Below are positions 54,174 to 64,000 of a DNA stretch of 64,000 bases, one piece after another. Within the stretch, counting starts at the first letter, position 1, and each line of letters opens with the position of its first letter. The DNA comes from Candidatus Kapaibacterium sp. (GTDB lineage: Bacteria; Bacteroidota; Ignavibacteria; Kapaibacteriales; Kapaibacteriaceae). The stretch lies in the NCBI GenBank assembly GCA_044345485.1, contig JBIJAX010000003.1, positions 2,426-66,425 of the forward strand, read 5' to 3'. Both the position numbers and the translations under genes were made by a program. The notes beneath the pieces were generated by a model. That model was not told the DNA's origin. It saw only the letters and a program-made list of their open reading frames with translations, and made no database searches.

Positions 54174-55556
54174 ATGAGTAAACGCACAGTAACGCTGATC
54201 GAAGGAGATGGAATTGGTCCTGAAATTTGCGACAGCGTCGTCCGCGTGTTTGAAGCAGCAGGAGTGCCCATTCAGTGGGAACGCGCATTGGCCGGTCTCG
54301 GTGCAATCGAAACCACTGGACAGGGCGTACCCGAAGCAACATTTGAAAGCATCAAGCGCAATGGTATTGCAATCAAGGGGCCAACAACCACGCCAGTAGC
54401 TGGTGGACACAAATCAGTGAACGTCACAATTCGTAAATCTCTTGAGCTTTATGCAAATGTGCGCCTTGCAAAGTCCATGCCTGCTGTGGAAACTCGATTT
54501 TCCAATGTCGATATCCTCATTGTTCGTGAAAACATTGAAGACACGTACGCTGGAATCGAACATTTTCAGACCGCCAATGTTGCGCAATGCCTTAAGCTTA
54601 TCACACGTCAGGGCAGTGAGGCAGTAATCCGGTATACGTTTGAAGAAGCTCGTAAGCTTGGACGTAAACGCGTAACGTGCGTGCACAAGGCTAACATCCA
54701 CAAGATCACAGACGGTCTGTGGCTTGAAGTCTTCCGCGAGGTTGCAGCAGAGTACCCAGAAATCGTATCTGACGACATAATCGTCGATAACTGCTGTATG
54801 CAGCTCGTGGCGCGTCCGGATCAGTTTGACGTATTGGTTCTGCCAAACCTATATGGTGATATCGTCAGTGACTTGTGCGCAGGAATCGTTGGCGGACTCG
54901 GTGTGGCACCTGGTGGAAACATTGGAAAGTCCTGTGCCGTGTTCGAAGCAGTGCATGGTTCGGCACCTGATATCGCAGGTAAGGGGCTTGCAAACCCAAC
55001 AGCTATCCTAATCTCATCAATCCAAATGCTTCAGCATATGGGATACATCGGATATGCATCTGCCATAGAGCAGGCGATGACGGCCACACTTGCAAGTGGC
55101 GTAAAAACGCGCGATCTGGGCGGTACGGCTTCTACATCCGAATACACTGATGCAATCATTGCAAACCTCCCGCCGGTAACACATACTGAATCAGTTGCGT
55201 CGTCTTCAACGGTAGAGTCCAAGCCTCTTAGCCAGAGTTCGATGTCGAGCTGGGACTGTGTCGGACTTGATGTGTTTGTCCATCACGATGGACTCCCAGC
55301 AATGCCGCAGCAGCTGGGCAAGTTTACACTACGCCTGATGTCGAACCGTGGTACGAAGGTATGGCCTGGTCCAACTCCAGACATCCTGTTGGTAGATCAT
55401 TTCCGTTGCAGGTATGTTGCGGATGGTCCGATCTCCCGTCAGGACGCACTCGGAGTTCTTGTAGAGCTCACATCGGCAAACATTGAGTGGTTGCATGTAG
55501 AGCTGCTCTGGAATGATGCGGGTGAAGCAAAATATACCAAGGCACAAGGCGAGTAA
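54174..55556 (+). CDS. isocitrate dehydrogenase, NAD-IDH/IPMDH-like core with a ~125-aa C-terminal extension
   Basis: TLIEGDGIGPE, LIVRENIEDTYAG, NLYGDIVSD, FEAVHGSAPDIAGKGLANP. The core ends near aa 335; the extension has no motif I recognise. Confidence 0.85.
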   Translation: MSKRTVTLIEGDGIGPEICDSVVRVFEAAGVPIQWERALAGLGAIETTGQGVPEATFESIKRNGIAIKGPTTTPVAGGHKSVNVTIRKSLELYANVRLAKSMPAVETRFSNVDILIVRENIEDTYAGIEHFQTANVAQCLKLITRQGSEAVIRYTFEEARKLGRKRVTCVHKANIHKITDGLWLEVFREVAAEYPEIVSDDIIVDNCCMQLVARPDQFDVLVLPNLYGDIVSDLCAGIVGGLGVAPGGNIGKSCAVFEAVHGSAPDIAGKGLANPTAILISSIQMLQHMGYIGYASAIEQAMTATLASGVKTRDLGGTASTSEYTDAIIANLPPVTHTESVASSSTVESKPLSQSSMSSWDCVGLDVFVHHDGLPAMPQQLGKFTLRLMSNRGTKVWPGPTPDILLVDHFRCRYVADGPISRQDALGVLVELTSANIEWLHVELLWNDAGEAKYTKAQGE

Positions 55557-55593
55557 TCGTCCTGAGCCGTTCTGAATTCGTACGGCACGTTGC

Positions 55594-58500
55594 ATGACAA
55601 CTGAAGAACACAACAGCACTCCAACCGCAGACCGACGCACACCTTTGCGCCGGTTTGCGGTTGCGTCTTTTCGTGCTGTGTTTAACGTTGCCATGGGGCT
55701 CATGATCATAGCAGCCGGAGCCGTTGTCTTTGTGCAGACCGATGCAGGCCGTAGCTTTCTTACAAAGCAGATCCTCAGCATCGTAAACTCGCAGATTAAC
55801 GGTACCTTCACCTGTGACGATGTCCAGATTGATGTGTTCCGTGGTATCGTTATCAAGCACCCACGCTTAACAGTGCAGGGAGCTACACTGCTCGACGCGC
55901 AGGAGCTTCGCGTAGCCTACGACATAGCCGCGCTGGTAGGGCATACAACAGCCGTGAATCAGTTTACCCTTGTCCGTCCAACTATTCATCTTGTGCGTGG
56001 TGCCGACAGTGTCTGGAATTTCAATCGCATTAGCGTGTCGAGCGATACTACACCAACGAGTCCTTCAACACTTGTCCTCAGGCTGCGTGATGTATCGATC
56101 ATCGATGGTACGATCAATGTTCACGATCAGACTGTGACGCGAGCTCCGGCAAATGTGTTCGACCCAAGTCACCTCGCATTGCGCAATGTGCACGTCAAGC
56201 TCTCAACACTGATTGATCTTGGAAAACGGGATATCGCTGTGGTGCTTCATCATCTCTCACTGCGCGATGAGCTCTCGCCACAATTGAACATTCAGAATGC
56301 CTCGTGCGCAGTGCGAATGTGGTCAGGGGGCGTAAAGGTTAGCGCCCTTACCCTTGAGATGCCAAGCACATCAATAGCTCTCAAGGGTGAACTGCTCGGT
56401 GTTGATATTCAGAAGGACGGTCTTACATCTGAAGCACTGCGTGCGCATCCATTTCGAGCTCATGTTGAAGCACCTTCGGTCTACGGACCAGACATCCGTT
56501 ATGTGCTGCCATTTCTTGATATCCGAGAGTCGTATTCGTTACAAAGCGATGTGCTCTACTCAGGTGATCGCGTCTTTGTTAGCAACATGGATTTGCAAGG
56601 TGGTAGTGCAACGCTCAAGGGAAGTGTTGATATCACAGGTCTCGACGGACGTACAGAGTTGTACCTGCATGTACTGCTGCATGATTCACAAGCGCGCTAC
56701 GCAGACGTGCGAAAGAGGATGCAGTTTTTGTCACTTCCAGATCTCCCGTTCATTGGCACAACCAACATGAAACACATCGAAATGAAGGGGCATCCGTCCG
56801 ATTCGTTGTGGTTTTCCGTAAATGGTCGGGACGACATGGGAGAAGTAGATGGGGAGATGACACTGCATCTCAACACCGCTCCAATGGCATACAGCTTGTT
56901 TGCCGATGTTCGGCATGGAAATCTTGCCCGCATAGATCCCTCATTTGGTTCTTGTGACCTCAACGGCAAGGTGCACATACAAGGTCGCGGATTTACACTC
57001 AGCGAGTTAAAGGGTACGTATGCTGTAGATCTGCAACGGTCAACAGTTACGGACCGTTTGATTCGCTCAGGTACAGTTCGAATCACCGCAGAAGAACAAG
57101 GGGTCACTCGTATTGATACGCTTCGTGTTGATGTAACCCCTGTATCGACTGATGAAACGGAAGACCCATATGACCCGATTGCTCGGCAGGTAATTGCTGT
57201 TTCCGGTTCGATTGATGCTCGCGACACGGAACTTGCATATAAACTCCAAACCGAGATCGAAGGCCTTGATTTTCGTCGATTGTTTGAGACCTCATCGCTT
57301 CCTACTGGATTCTCTGGTGTGCTGCAGATCGATGCACGTGGTCTAACGCTCGATACCTTTCTTGGTAATGTTCGGGCCCAAGTCACAGAGTTCTCACTGG
57401 AAGACCGCGCACTTCTGCCCTTTACGATGGATCTATCAAGCAGCGTTGTCAATGATGTTCGTAGTGTGAACGTTACTGCCCCCTTCGCTCAAATAACGAT
57501 TAATGGACAATATTCACCGTCGGCACTGATCGCATCGTTTTCGGAAGTTACGCCTCTCATTGCAGCAACAGCAATGAAACGCGTTCAGCCATTTACGGAA
57601 ACAACAGACGCTGTGTTTGAATACCCAAAGTTGGCTCTAGAGCCAATGAGTGTAGCGTTTGACGTAACTCTAGTAGATGCTTCGCCGTTCAACGTATTTC
57701 TCCAGCAATCGACATTCTCGACACGATCTTCGGTGAGAGGTCGGTTGGTAGTAGACTCGACCAAGATTGGTCTGTTTGCTGATGAGATTGCCATTACTGA
57801 TTTTCTGATGCGGGCAGATTCGACAACGATCTTTGCAGATCCATGTACTGCGAAGGCTGAGTTCCGCTACAGTGTTCGTGATTCTGTTCCTGCAGTTGAG
57901 TTCATCGATCTTTCTGCTGAATGTCGCCGAAATGTGGTTGTAAACACCAATACGTTCTCGAAGCCAAGGGTTGTTATCCGGGGGAATGACTCCGCGATGT
58001 GCACACGCCTGAGCGGCGCTGCAAATGATATTGACGCACTCGTCGGGCTTACATCGGTCTATCGTAATGGTCAGATAACGTTGCTCATCGATACGATAGC
58101 AACAACGATTGATAAGCAGAAAAAGCTTGAATGGGTTTCCTTGAATGATGCCAAGGTCCATGTGCGGAATCAAGCGTTCGATGTTACGGGGCTTACCCTT
58201 CAACGGAGTAACGGTGAGGTTGTTTCCATTGAAGGGGTGTGTTCACTCGAGAAGTTCTCAAATCTCCACCTGCAGGTCACGGACTTCAATCTTCGCGACC
58301 TCAGACGATTCGTTGATCTTAAAGACGGACATCCTCTTACGTTTCTTGACGGTCGTGTTGCAGACCTAGACGTGTATCTGAATGGTTCCTGGGAGAACCC
58401 TGTTGCAACAATGCGAGTCCGCGCAGATGATATTGAATACAATCACGAACTCATTGGTTCGCTGAATGCATCAATTCGCTATGCAAACAAGGACATCGTT

Positions 58501-60210
58501 GGCAAGCTAAGTATCGCGAATAGGCGCATCCCGAATGCACCGAATACACTGTCGATCGATGTTCGGCACCTGCCATTCGATCTTGGACTGCAAAATGTAC
58601 AACAGCGTATTGTAGACGGAGGCGTGATTGACGTCGATCTGACAGCCACACAGCTTGCACTTGCAGCAGTTGAGCCGTTTTTGCCAGCAGTAGAACGCGT
58701 GCAGGGTGTAGCCAACGGAAAGGTTACCATGCGCGGCACACTTCCAGAAAACCTTGAACTTGGTGGATCTGCAGTGTTTAAAAACACGACGTTCCTCGCT
58801 TCGCCAACAAACATCGTTTACCGTGCAGAAGGCTCACTGCACCTTGAAGGGTCGAAGCTTCATCTCGACACCATCCGTCTGCGCAATCTGGATCGAGACC
58901 GGAGGGGTGGGTCAGCATTAGCCAATGGTGTGGTCACATTCGATGGCTTGTCTGTCTCGCGCGTTGATTTTAACGTGATCTCGAAGGGCATCCTGATCAT
59001 GAACAAAGGCTCGCAGGTTCGTAATCCTAAAGTCTTTGGCGACATTGTGGTTGCTAGTGGATCGAACAAGCCGATTATGTTCTATGGTCCGCTCGATGCG
59101 CCAGTCCTCTCCGGCGATGTTGATGTGCTCTATGCTGATGTGATCTTCCCCCAGGACCGTGCAGGGTCGAAAGTAAAGTACTCGGCGTTCACATACCAGC
59201 GAACGAAAGATCGCTCTGCGTCGACACGCTCTGTGTTAGACACAACAACAGTGCGCCGTGTAACAGACACATCTGCAGTTGCAGATCGAGTGGCAGCAGC
59301 TGATATGGTAACTGATGTGATTAAGTCAACAACAGCATCCTTCTCTGATATCCTCCGCTTCAACCTTAACATCTATCTGCGTGGCCGAACACTAATGACG
59401 ATGGTGCTTGGATTTGCAGAGATTCTCATCGCAGATCTAGAGCCTGTGGATGTGTCAAAGCCCCTTGTGATCACCGGACGGTTCCTGGATAACTCGACGA
59501 ATATGAGCGGACGCGTGCGCGTGCGCGAGGGGGCATCGACATACAAGTTCTATAAGCCGTTTTCAACGAGCGGCACGCTGGACTTTACGCAGGGTGGGTT
59601 GGGTAACCCCACGTTGGACCTGAAGGCCATCTATAACGGTAGGCGAATGAATGCGCAAACCAACGAACCAGAGGCTTATCAGGTGGTGATCGATATCTCA
59701 GGAACGAAGCAGCGACCTATCGCGCAGTGGTCATATTTCCGTAACCAGCGCAAACAGGAAGGCGATTCCGCAAAGGTTACCGGTGATGCTCTCATGCTGC
59801 TGCTGCTGGGCCGCACACAGGATGAACTCACGTCTACTGGACAAGGCAACCTTGTCAATGAAGTAAACGCCTCGCTCTCTGCCGTGGCAACGAGTGCACT
59901 CGGAGATTTACTCAGTGGGGTAGGGGGCTTGGTACAGTCAGTCCAGATGGATCTTGGCGCAGATATGTCACAAACACAACTGACTGTATCGGGTCAGCTC
60001 TTTAGCGACGTTGTCTACCGACTCACCGGACAAGTAAGCGACTTTGCAGGCAACAGCACTATTACCGTGACCGTGCCGTTCACGGTTTTGAACAACGCAG
60101 ATGCAATGCGATACTTCAACCTTGATATCTCCCGGTCAGTCAACAACACAGGAAACATCACGCGTTTCCAGCGTCTATGGGAGATCAAGCTTGGTGCGCG
60201 CCTACCGTAA
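55594..60210 (+). CDS. tamB: translocation and assembly module protein TamB-like (AsmA/DUF490 family)
   Basis: N-terminal TM anchor (AMGLMIIAAGAVVFV), 1538-aa beta-rich body, C-terminal DUF490-like VVIDISGTKQRPIAQWSYF...GDALMLLLLGRTQDEL. Confidence 0.75.
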   Translation: MTTEEHNSTPTADRRTPLRRFAVASFRAVFNVAMGLMIIAAGAVVFVQTDAGRSFLTKQILSIVNSQINGTFTCDDVQIDVFRGIVIKHPRLTVQGATLLDAQELRVAYDIAALVGHTTAVNQFTLVRPTIHLVRGADSVWNFNRISVSSDTTPTSPSTLVLRLRDVSIIDGTINVHDQTVTRAPANVFDPSHLALRNVHVKLSTLIDLGKRDIAVVLHHLSLRDELSPQLNIQNASCAVRMWSGGVKVSALTLEMPSTSIALKGELLGVDIQKDGLTSEALRAHPFRAHVEAPSVYGPDIRYVLPFLDIRESYSLQSDVLYSGDRVFVSNMDLQGGSATLKGSVDITGLDGRTELYLHVLLHDSQARYADVRKRMQFLSLPDLPFIGTTNMKHIEMKGHPSDSLWFSVNGRDDMGEVDGEMTLHLNTAPMAYSLFADVRHGNLARIDPSFGSCDLNGKVHIQGRGFTLSELKGTYAVDLQRSTVTDRLIRSGTVRITAEEQGVTRIDTLRVDVTPVSTDETEDPYDPIARQVIAVSGSIDARDTELAYKLQTEIEGLDFRRLFETSSLPTGFSGVLQIDARGLTLDTFLGNVRAQVTEFSLEDRALLPFTMDLSSSVVNDVRSVNVTAPFAQITINGQYSPSALIASFSEVTPLIAATAMKRVQPFTETTDAVFEYPKLALEPMSVAFDVTLVDASPFNVFLQQSTFSTRSSVRGRLVVDSTKIGLFADEIAITDFLMRADSTTIFADPCTAKAEFRYSVRDSVPAVEFIDLSAECRRNVVVNTNTFSKPRVVIRGNDSAMCTRLSGAANDIDALVGLTSVYRNGQITLLIDTIATTIDKQKKLEWVSLNDAKVHVRNQAFDVTGLTLQRSNGEVVSIEGVCSLEKFSNLHLQVTDFNLRDLRRFVDLKDGHPLTFLDGRVADLDVYLNGSWENPVATMRVRADDIEYNHELIGSLNASIRYANKDIVGKLSIANRRIPNAPNTLSIDVRHLPFDLGLQNVQQRIVDGGVIDVDLTATQLALAAVEPFLPAVERVQGVANGKVTMRGTLPENLELGGSAVFKNTTFLASPTNIVYRAEGSLHLEGSKLHLDTIRLRNLDRDRRGGSALANGVVTFDGLSVSRVDFNVISKGILIMNKGSQVRNPKVFGDIVVASGSNKPIMFYGPLDAPVLSGDVDVLYADVIFPQDRAGSKVKYSAFTYQRTKDRSASTRSVLDTTTVRRVTDTSAVADRVAAADMVTDVIKSTTASFSDILRFNLNIYLRGRTLMTMVLGFAEILIADLEPVDVSKPLVITGRFLDNSTNMSGRVRVREGASTYKFYKPFSTSGTLDFTQGGLGNPTLDLKAIYNGRRMNAQTNEPEAYQVVIDISGTKQRPIAQWSYFRNQRKQEGDSAKVTGDALMLLLLGRTQDELTSTGQGNLVNEVNASLSAVATSALGDLLSGVGGLVQSVQMDLGADMSQTQLTVSGQLFSDVVYRLTGQVSDFAGNSTITVTVPFTVLNNADAMRYFNLDISRSVNNTGNITRFQRLWEIKLGARLP

Positions 60211-60218
60211 CGGTTACG

Positions 60219-61370
60219 TTACAGCTCCTTGAGCAGTTCGCGAGCGATAACGATGTGCTGAATCTCAGAGGTGCCTTCGTAGATCTCCGTGATCTTCGCA
60301 TCGCGCAGATAGCGCTCCACGAGATACTCACGAACATAGCCGTATCCACCGTGAACCTGAATTGCTTCGAGAGCATTGTGAACTGCGGTTTGTGAGGCAA
60401 GGAGCTTTGCCTGAGCCGCTGCCTTGATGTAGTTCTGATGCTGGTCTTTGAGATACGCTGCGCGGTAGGTAAGCATGCGGGCAGCTTCGAGGCGTGTTGC
60501 CATGTCTGCCAGCTTAAGCTGAATTGCTTGAAGGTCTGCAATTGGCTTGCCAAAAGCTTTGCGCTGCGTTGAGTATACGATCGCTGCATCAGTTGCGCCC
60601 TTAGCGATACCGAGCGCCTGCGCAGCAATACCGATGCGACCACCATTTAGTGACTCCATAGCGATCTTAAAGCCCATGCCTACTCCGCCAAGGATTTGAT
60701 CATCCGGTACGAATACGTTTGTAAGACCGATAGAGCAGGTGTCGCTGGAGCGGATGCCAAGCTTGTCTTCCTTGAGGCCTGGCTCGAAACCAGGAGCATT
60801 GCGGTCCACGATGAAACACGTAATGCCCTTATGACGCAGTTCGCGATTGGTTTGTGCCATCACGAGATACGTGCTGGCTGTTGTACCATTCGTGATCCAG
60901 TTCTTTGTGCCGTTGAGCACCCATCCGCCGTCTACTTTTTCTGCAGTTGTGTTCTGTGACGTAGCATCGGAACCTGCCTCAGGCTCACTCAGGCAGAATG
61001 CGCCGTGGACCTGTCCTGTTGCTAGCGGACGCAGCCACTTGTCTTTTTGCTCGTCTGTACCGTATGACTCGAGGCCCCAGCAGACAAGCGAGTTGTTCAC
61101 CGACATTACAACACCAACGGATGCATCCACAGCCGAAATCTCTTCCATCGCAATCACGTAGCTGAGTGCGTCCAGGCCAGAGCCGCCCCATTCAGGCGAA
61201 ACCATCATTCCCAGAAACCCGAGCTCACCAAGCTTCTTAATGATTTCAGTCGGGAATTCACCGGACTTATCGCGCTCGATCGAGGTTGGCGCAACTTCAT
61301 CCTTCGCAAACTGGCGTGCAGTTTCGCGAATCATTTCGTGTGTTTCAGAGAACTGTAGGTTGAAGCTCAT
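60219..61370 (-). CDS. acyl-CoA dehydrogenase (short/medium-chain type)
   Basis: CLSEPEAGSDA, WITNG, and the catalytic-Glu motif IYEGTSEIQ; 383 aa. Confidence 0.92.
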   Translation of the reverse strand: MSFNLQFSETHEMIRETARQFAKDEVAPTSIERDKSGEFPTEIIKKLGELGFLGMMVSPEWGGSGLDALSYVIAMEEISAVDASVGVVMSVNNSLVCWGLESYGTDEQKDKWLRPLATGQVHGAFCLSEPEAGSDATSQNTTAEKVDGGWVLNGTKNWITNGTTASTYLVMAQTNRELRHKGITCFIVDRNAPGFEPGLKEDKLGIRSSDTCSIGLTNVFVPDDQILGGVGMGFKIAMESLNGGRIGIAAQALGIAKGATDAAIVYSTQRKAFGKPIADLQAIQLKLADMATRLEAARMLTYRAAYLKDQHQNYIKAAAQAKLLASQTAVHNALEAIQVHGGYGYVREYLVERYLRDAKITEIYEGTSEIQHIVIARELLKEL

Positions 61371-61391
61371 AATTCGTACTCAATGGTGATT

Positions 61392-61421
61392 GAGAGAAAA
61401 AGCGGCAGACACCGCCTGCCG
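61392..61421 (-). terminator. terminator-like hairpin after anmK
   Basis: Stem CGGCAG/CTGCCG (61403-61408 / 61416-61421) with a 7-nt loop, followed on the minus strand by CTTTTTCTCTC. It ends about 21 nt before the acyl-CoA dehydrogenase ATG. Confidence 0.45.
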
Positions 61422-61438
61422 TCAAAGTGGGCGCAAAA

Positions 61439-62551
61439 TTACAAAACAAGAGCACGGGAAACAGTGCCAAGTATTACACGGCCGTCTGCGCCAGTAACAG
61501 TCGGTACGTTTCCAGGACGTCCTGACAGTGTTAAAAAGCCCAGGTAGGCAAACGCCATGGCTTCTTTTTCCTGCCAGTGTTGATGCACAACAAGTTGGGC
61601 CGCAGATTGGTTCTCGCTGAGCAAAGCTGCGATACGTTCCATCAGAAATGAATTCTGCGAGCCCCCTCCGGAGACGATAACCTGTTGGGCATCGGTTGCA
61701 TACCGGGATATATGGTCCGCAATAGACCAAGCTGATAGCTCAGTCATTGTTGTAACAACATCTTCGAGGGGGCTGGATGGGTGCGAATATTTCGTTATCA
61801 GCCGTTTTGCCTCCTGGAGGGTAAAGAGCTCACGTCCAGTAGACTTCGGCGGCTCTGCGGCGAAGTAAGGCATAGTCTTCATCTCGGCCAGCATCGGCGT
61901 AATCACGCGTCCAGCGCGTGCGATTGATCCATCATGGTCATACTTCTTTCCGAACGTAAGTGTAGATCCTGCATCGATCCACACATTTCCCGGACCCGTA
62001 TCAAAAGCCCTGAGCCTATCGAGGCTCCCGCGCGCGGGCAGCAGCGTAATGTTGGCCATCCCTCCAATGTTGAGGGCAACGAGGTTTTGAGTCTCGTCCG
62101 TAAGAGTTGCATGGTCAAACACGGGAACCAGAGGAGCCCCCTGACCACCCCGTGCAACATCGGCAGAGCGGAAATCACTCACGACAGGTCGCTGCAGCAG
62201 TGCGCTCAGGGCAGATCCATTGCCGATCTGCCATGTAGAGTGCGGTGGGTTGTGCCAGATAGTCTGACCATGAATGGCAATTGCCTCAGCATTACATCCG
62301 CTCGTCTGCTCAAGCTCGCGCACAGCTGCGGCGTATTCGCGGGCTAGCGTAAATGCAAGATCCGACAGGTCGCTAACATCACTCGTTGGCTGCAGCAGCT
62401 GTTGAAGTTGATCAAGAGTATCGGGGGAGAAGGGAACACTATGAAATGCAAGAAGGGACACCGCATCGCGGTCTCCCTTCTGTTCAATGTCACATAGTGC
62501 TACGTCGATTGCATCAAGCGACGTGCCCGTCATTACACCTGCTACACGCAT
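61439..62551 (-). CDS. anmK: anhydro-N-acetylmuramic acid kinase
   Basis: N-terminal GVMTGTSLDAIDVAL, 370 aa, ASKHA-fold kinase pattern. The start overlaps the nuoB stop by 1 nt. Confidence 0.85.
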   Translation of the reverse strand: MRVAGVMTGTSLDAIDVALCDIEQKGDRDAVSLLAFHSVPFSPDTLDQLQQLLQPTSDVSDLSDLAFTLAREYAAAVRELEQTSGCNAEAIAIHGQTIWHNPPHSTWQIGNGSALSALLQRPVVSDFRSADVARGGQGAPLVPVFDHATLTDETQNLVALNIGGMANITLLPARGSLDRLRAFDTGPGNVWIDAGSTLTFGKKYDHDGSIARAGRVITPMLAEMKTMPYFAAEPPKSTGRELFTLQEAKRLITKYSHPSSPLEDVVTTMTELSAWSIADHISRYATDAQQVIVSGGGSQNSFLMERIAALLSENQSAAQLVVHQHWQEKEAMAFAYLGFLTLSGRPGNVPTVTGADGRVILGTVSRALVL

Positions 62552-63084
62552 CAGGGCGTAACAAGCAGTTCTGATCGACGAGCCTCTCCAGAGTCTTTCC
62601 CAAGGTTAATCAGCTGCGGCTTTGATTCCGAAACCTTGTCTTGAATGTACATGAGAGCCTTAATCAACGCTTCTGGACGCGGAGGGCAACCCGATACATA
62701 GGCATCTACCGGAAGAAATTGGTCAATGCCTTGAACCACAGGATACGAACGAAACATCCCGCCCGTAGATGTACATACGCCCATTGCGATGCACCATTTT
62801 GGATCGGGCATTTGATCCCACACCTTCTTTACAACCCAAGCCATTTTGTACGTTACCGTACCGGCAACGATCATGAGGTCTGCCTGACGCGGCGAGAACG
62901 AGAATCGCTCAGAGCCGAAACGGGCTGAGTCTGAGCGCGGTCCGCCAAACGCCATCATCTCGATAGCGCAGCATGAAATACCCATCGGCATTGGCCACAT
63001 GGAATTCTTCTGTGCCCACGTGATAAGAGATTCGACACGTGTCGTAACGAATCCGTCGCGCGCGATCTGCTCGTTCAATCCCAT
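62551..63084 (-). CDS. nuoB: NADH-quinone oxidoreductase subunit B
   Basis: N2-cluster cysteines in [18 protein letters not shown] and GCPPRPEAL; 177 aa. Confidence 0.93.
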   Translation of the reverse strand: MGLNEQIARDGFVTTRVESLITWAQKNSMWPMPMGISCCAIEMMAFGGPRSDSARFGSERFSFSPRQADLMIVAGTVTYKMAWVVKKVWDQMPDPKWCIAMGVCTSTGGMFRSYPVVQGIDQFLPVDAYVSGCPPRPEALIKALMYIQDKVSESKPQLINLGKDSGEARRSELLVTP

Positions 63085-63440
63085 TTGAGTGCACCTTTCT
63101 TCAGAACGTAGAGGTAACCGCTAAACAAGAGAACCATGAATAGAATCATGGCAATAAGGCCCGTGTTTCCTTGAAAATCCTTGAACGCTACTGCCCATGG
63201 ATACATAAACACCACTTCGATATCGAAGAGGATAAACATCATCGCCACGAGGTAGAACTTTACGGTAAAACGCTCGCGGGCACTCTTGATTGGCTCCATA
63301 CCAGACTCATATGTGGTGAGCTTGGAACGGGTGCTGCGCTTCGGACCGAGATTCTCTGCAAGGAAGATGTTGCTTACGCCAAAGATCAGACCGATGGCGA
63401 TCATGATCATAAGCGGTATGTAGTTGACGACTGGATCCAT
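63075..63440 (-). CDS. nuoA: NADH-quinone oxidoreductase subunit A
   Basis: 121 aa, three TM helices, YESGMEP and [11 protein letters not shown] motifs. Confidence 0.92.
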   Translation of the reverse strand: MDPVVNYIPLMIMIAIGLIFGVSNIFLAENLGPKRSTRSKLTTYESGMEPIKSARERFTVKFYLVAMMFILFDIEVVFMYPWAVAFKDFQGNTGLIAMILFMVLLFSGYLYVLKKGALKWD

Positions 63441-63467
63441 ACTTCAGAGCTCCGTTGAATTCGGGAA

Positions 63468-63475
63468 CAAAGATA
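63468..63475 (-). promoter_or_regulatory. Bacteroidota-type -7 promoter box (TATCTTTG)
   Basis: Plus strand reads CAAAGATA, 28 nt upstream of the nuoA ATG. Confidence 0.4.
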
Positions 63476-63507
63476 ACATTTCTCCGGCTCGGAGTAGTTT
63501 CGTGGTT

Positions 63508-64000
63508 ATGAACAAAATTCTGACGTTCGAATGCGGTCCGGTGGCAACAAACTGCTACCTGGTAGGGAGCGACGAAACCTCATTAGCATTTCTTGTTGAT
63601 GCCCCAAAAGACTGCAGCGGACCTGTGCTTGCAGCCCTAGAACAGCACGGCTGGACCTTGGTTGATATCCTGCTCACACATACGCACTGGGACCATACAG
63701 CAGACTGCGCCCACCTGCAAAGCAGAACGGGAGCACGTGTAGTTGTCCATCACGACGATATCTACCGCCTCACCGATCCCATGGCCCACACACTTTGGCC
63801 ACTCCCATTTACGATACCTCCCGTTACCGTTTTTGAAACACTCACGGGAGACGGCGGAGTGCTGGAGATCCTCAATGGAACGGCCTTACTCGCATGGGTT
63901 CATACCCCGGGACATACCGAAGGGGGCATGTGTTTCCTGGATGATCGCCAACAGCGGGCCTACGTTGGAGATACCTTGTTTGCTGGTAGCATCGGACGCA
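63508..64000 (+). CDS. MBL-fold metallo-hydrolase (glyoxalase II/YcbL-like), 5' part, runs off window
   Basis: Hand translation gives MNKILTFECGPVATNCYLVG...LLTHTHWDHTAD (HxHxDH)...HTPGHTEGGMCF...GDTLFAGSIGR with no stops to the window end. It is not in the ORF track. Confidence 0.8.
   Translation, partial: MNKILTFECGPVATNCYLVGSDETSLAFLVDAPKDCSGPVLAALEQHGWTLVDILLTHTHWDHTADCAHLQSRTGARVVVHHDDIYRLTDPMAHTLWPLPFTIPPVTVFETLTGDGGVLEILNGTALLAWVHTPGHTEGGMCFLDDRQQRAYVGDTLFAGSIGR

Overview
Chromosomal, mostly core-genome segment. I support 52 protein-coding genes: two are partial at the window edges, and rpmH is too short for the ORF track. I saw no rRNA, tRNA, CRISPR, transposase or integrase.

Lineage markers point to the Bacteroidota/Chlorobiota/Ignavibacteriota (FCB) group. 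They are a T9SS-type C-terminal sorting domain, a GWxTD protein, DUF2851, DUF3467, a Bacteroidota-type GlmM N-terminus, a stand-alone atpDC pair, and recurring TAnnTTTG -7 boxes upstream of operon-leading genes. This is inference from motifs only; no search was run.

Layout:
- 1-19908: a minus-strand array (ABC exporter, murD, isoprenoid genes, dprA, GT2-like, giant RM-like protein, glmM-like, peptidase, comF, kynA, MTHFR fusion, MauE/DoxX, lipoprotein metalloprotease).
- 19909-20446: a repeat-rich divergent intergenic region.
- 20447-42189: a plus-strand array (pyrF, folD, adk, envelope proteins, rpmH-rnpA-yidD-yidC, a T9SS cargo protein).
- Beyond that, alternating blocks: CoA-transferase, EtfD-like Fe-S oxidoreductase, guaB, atpDC, thiolase, IDH, tamB, acyl-CoA dehydrogenase, anmK, nuoAB.

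The ORF track uses alternative start codons and the longest ORF, so several starts were moved to internal ATGs.

Most unusual items:
1. A 997-aa protein (6659-9652) with the layout of a single-chain type IIG/IIL restriction-modification enzyme. Both catalytic motifs are replaced, and it is translationally coupled inside a housekeeping operon between glmM-like and a membrane-anchored GT-A gene, with dprA and comF nearby.
2. Two oppositely oriented heptanucleotide arrays and GTCATCCCGAGC inverted repeats in the 19.9-20.4 kb divergent promoter region.
3. An MTHFR fusion whose homocysteine-binding domain has lost all three zinc-ligand cysteines.
4. Cysteine-motif oddities in envelope and secreted proteins.

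I cannot show that any of these is a new system; all functional readings are hypotheses.
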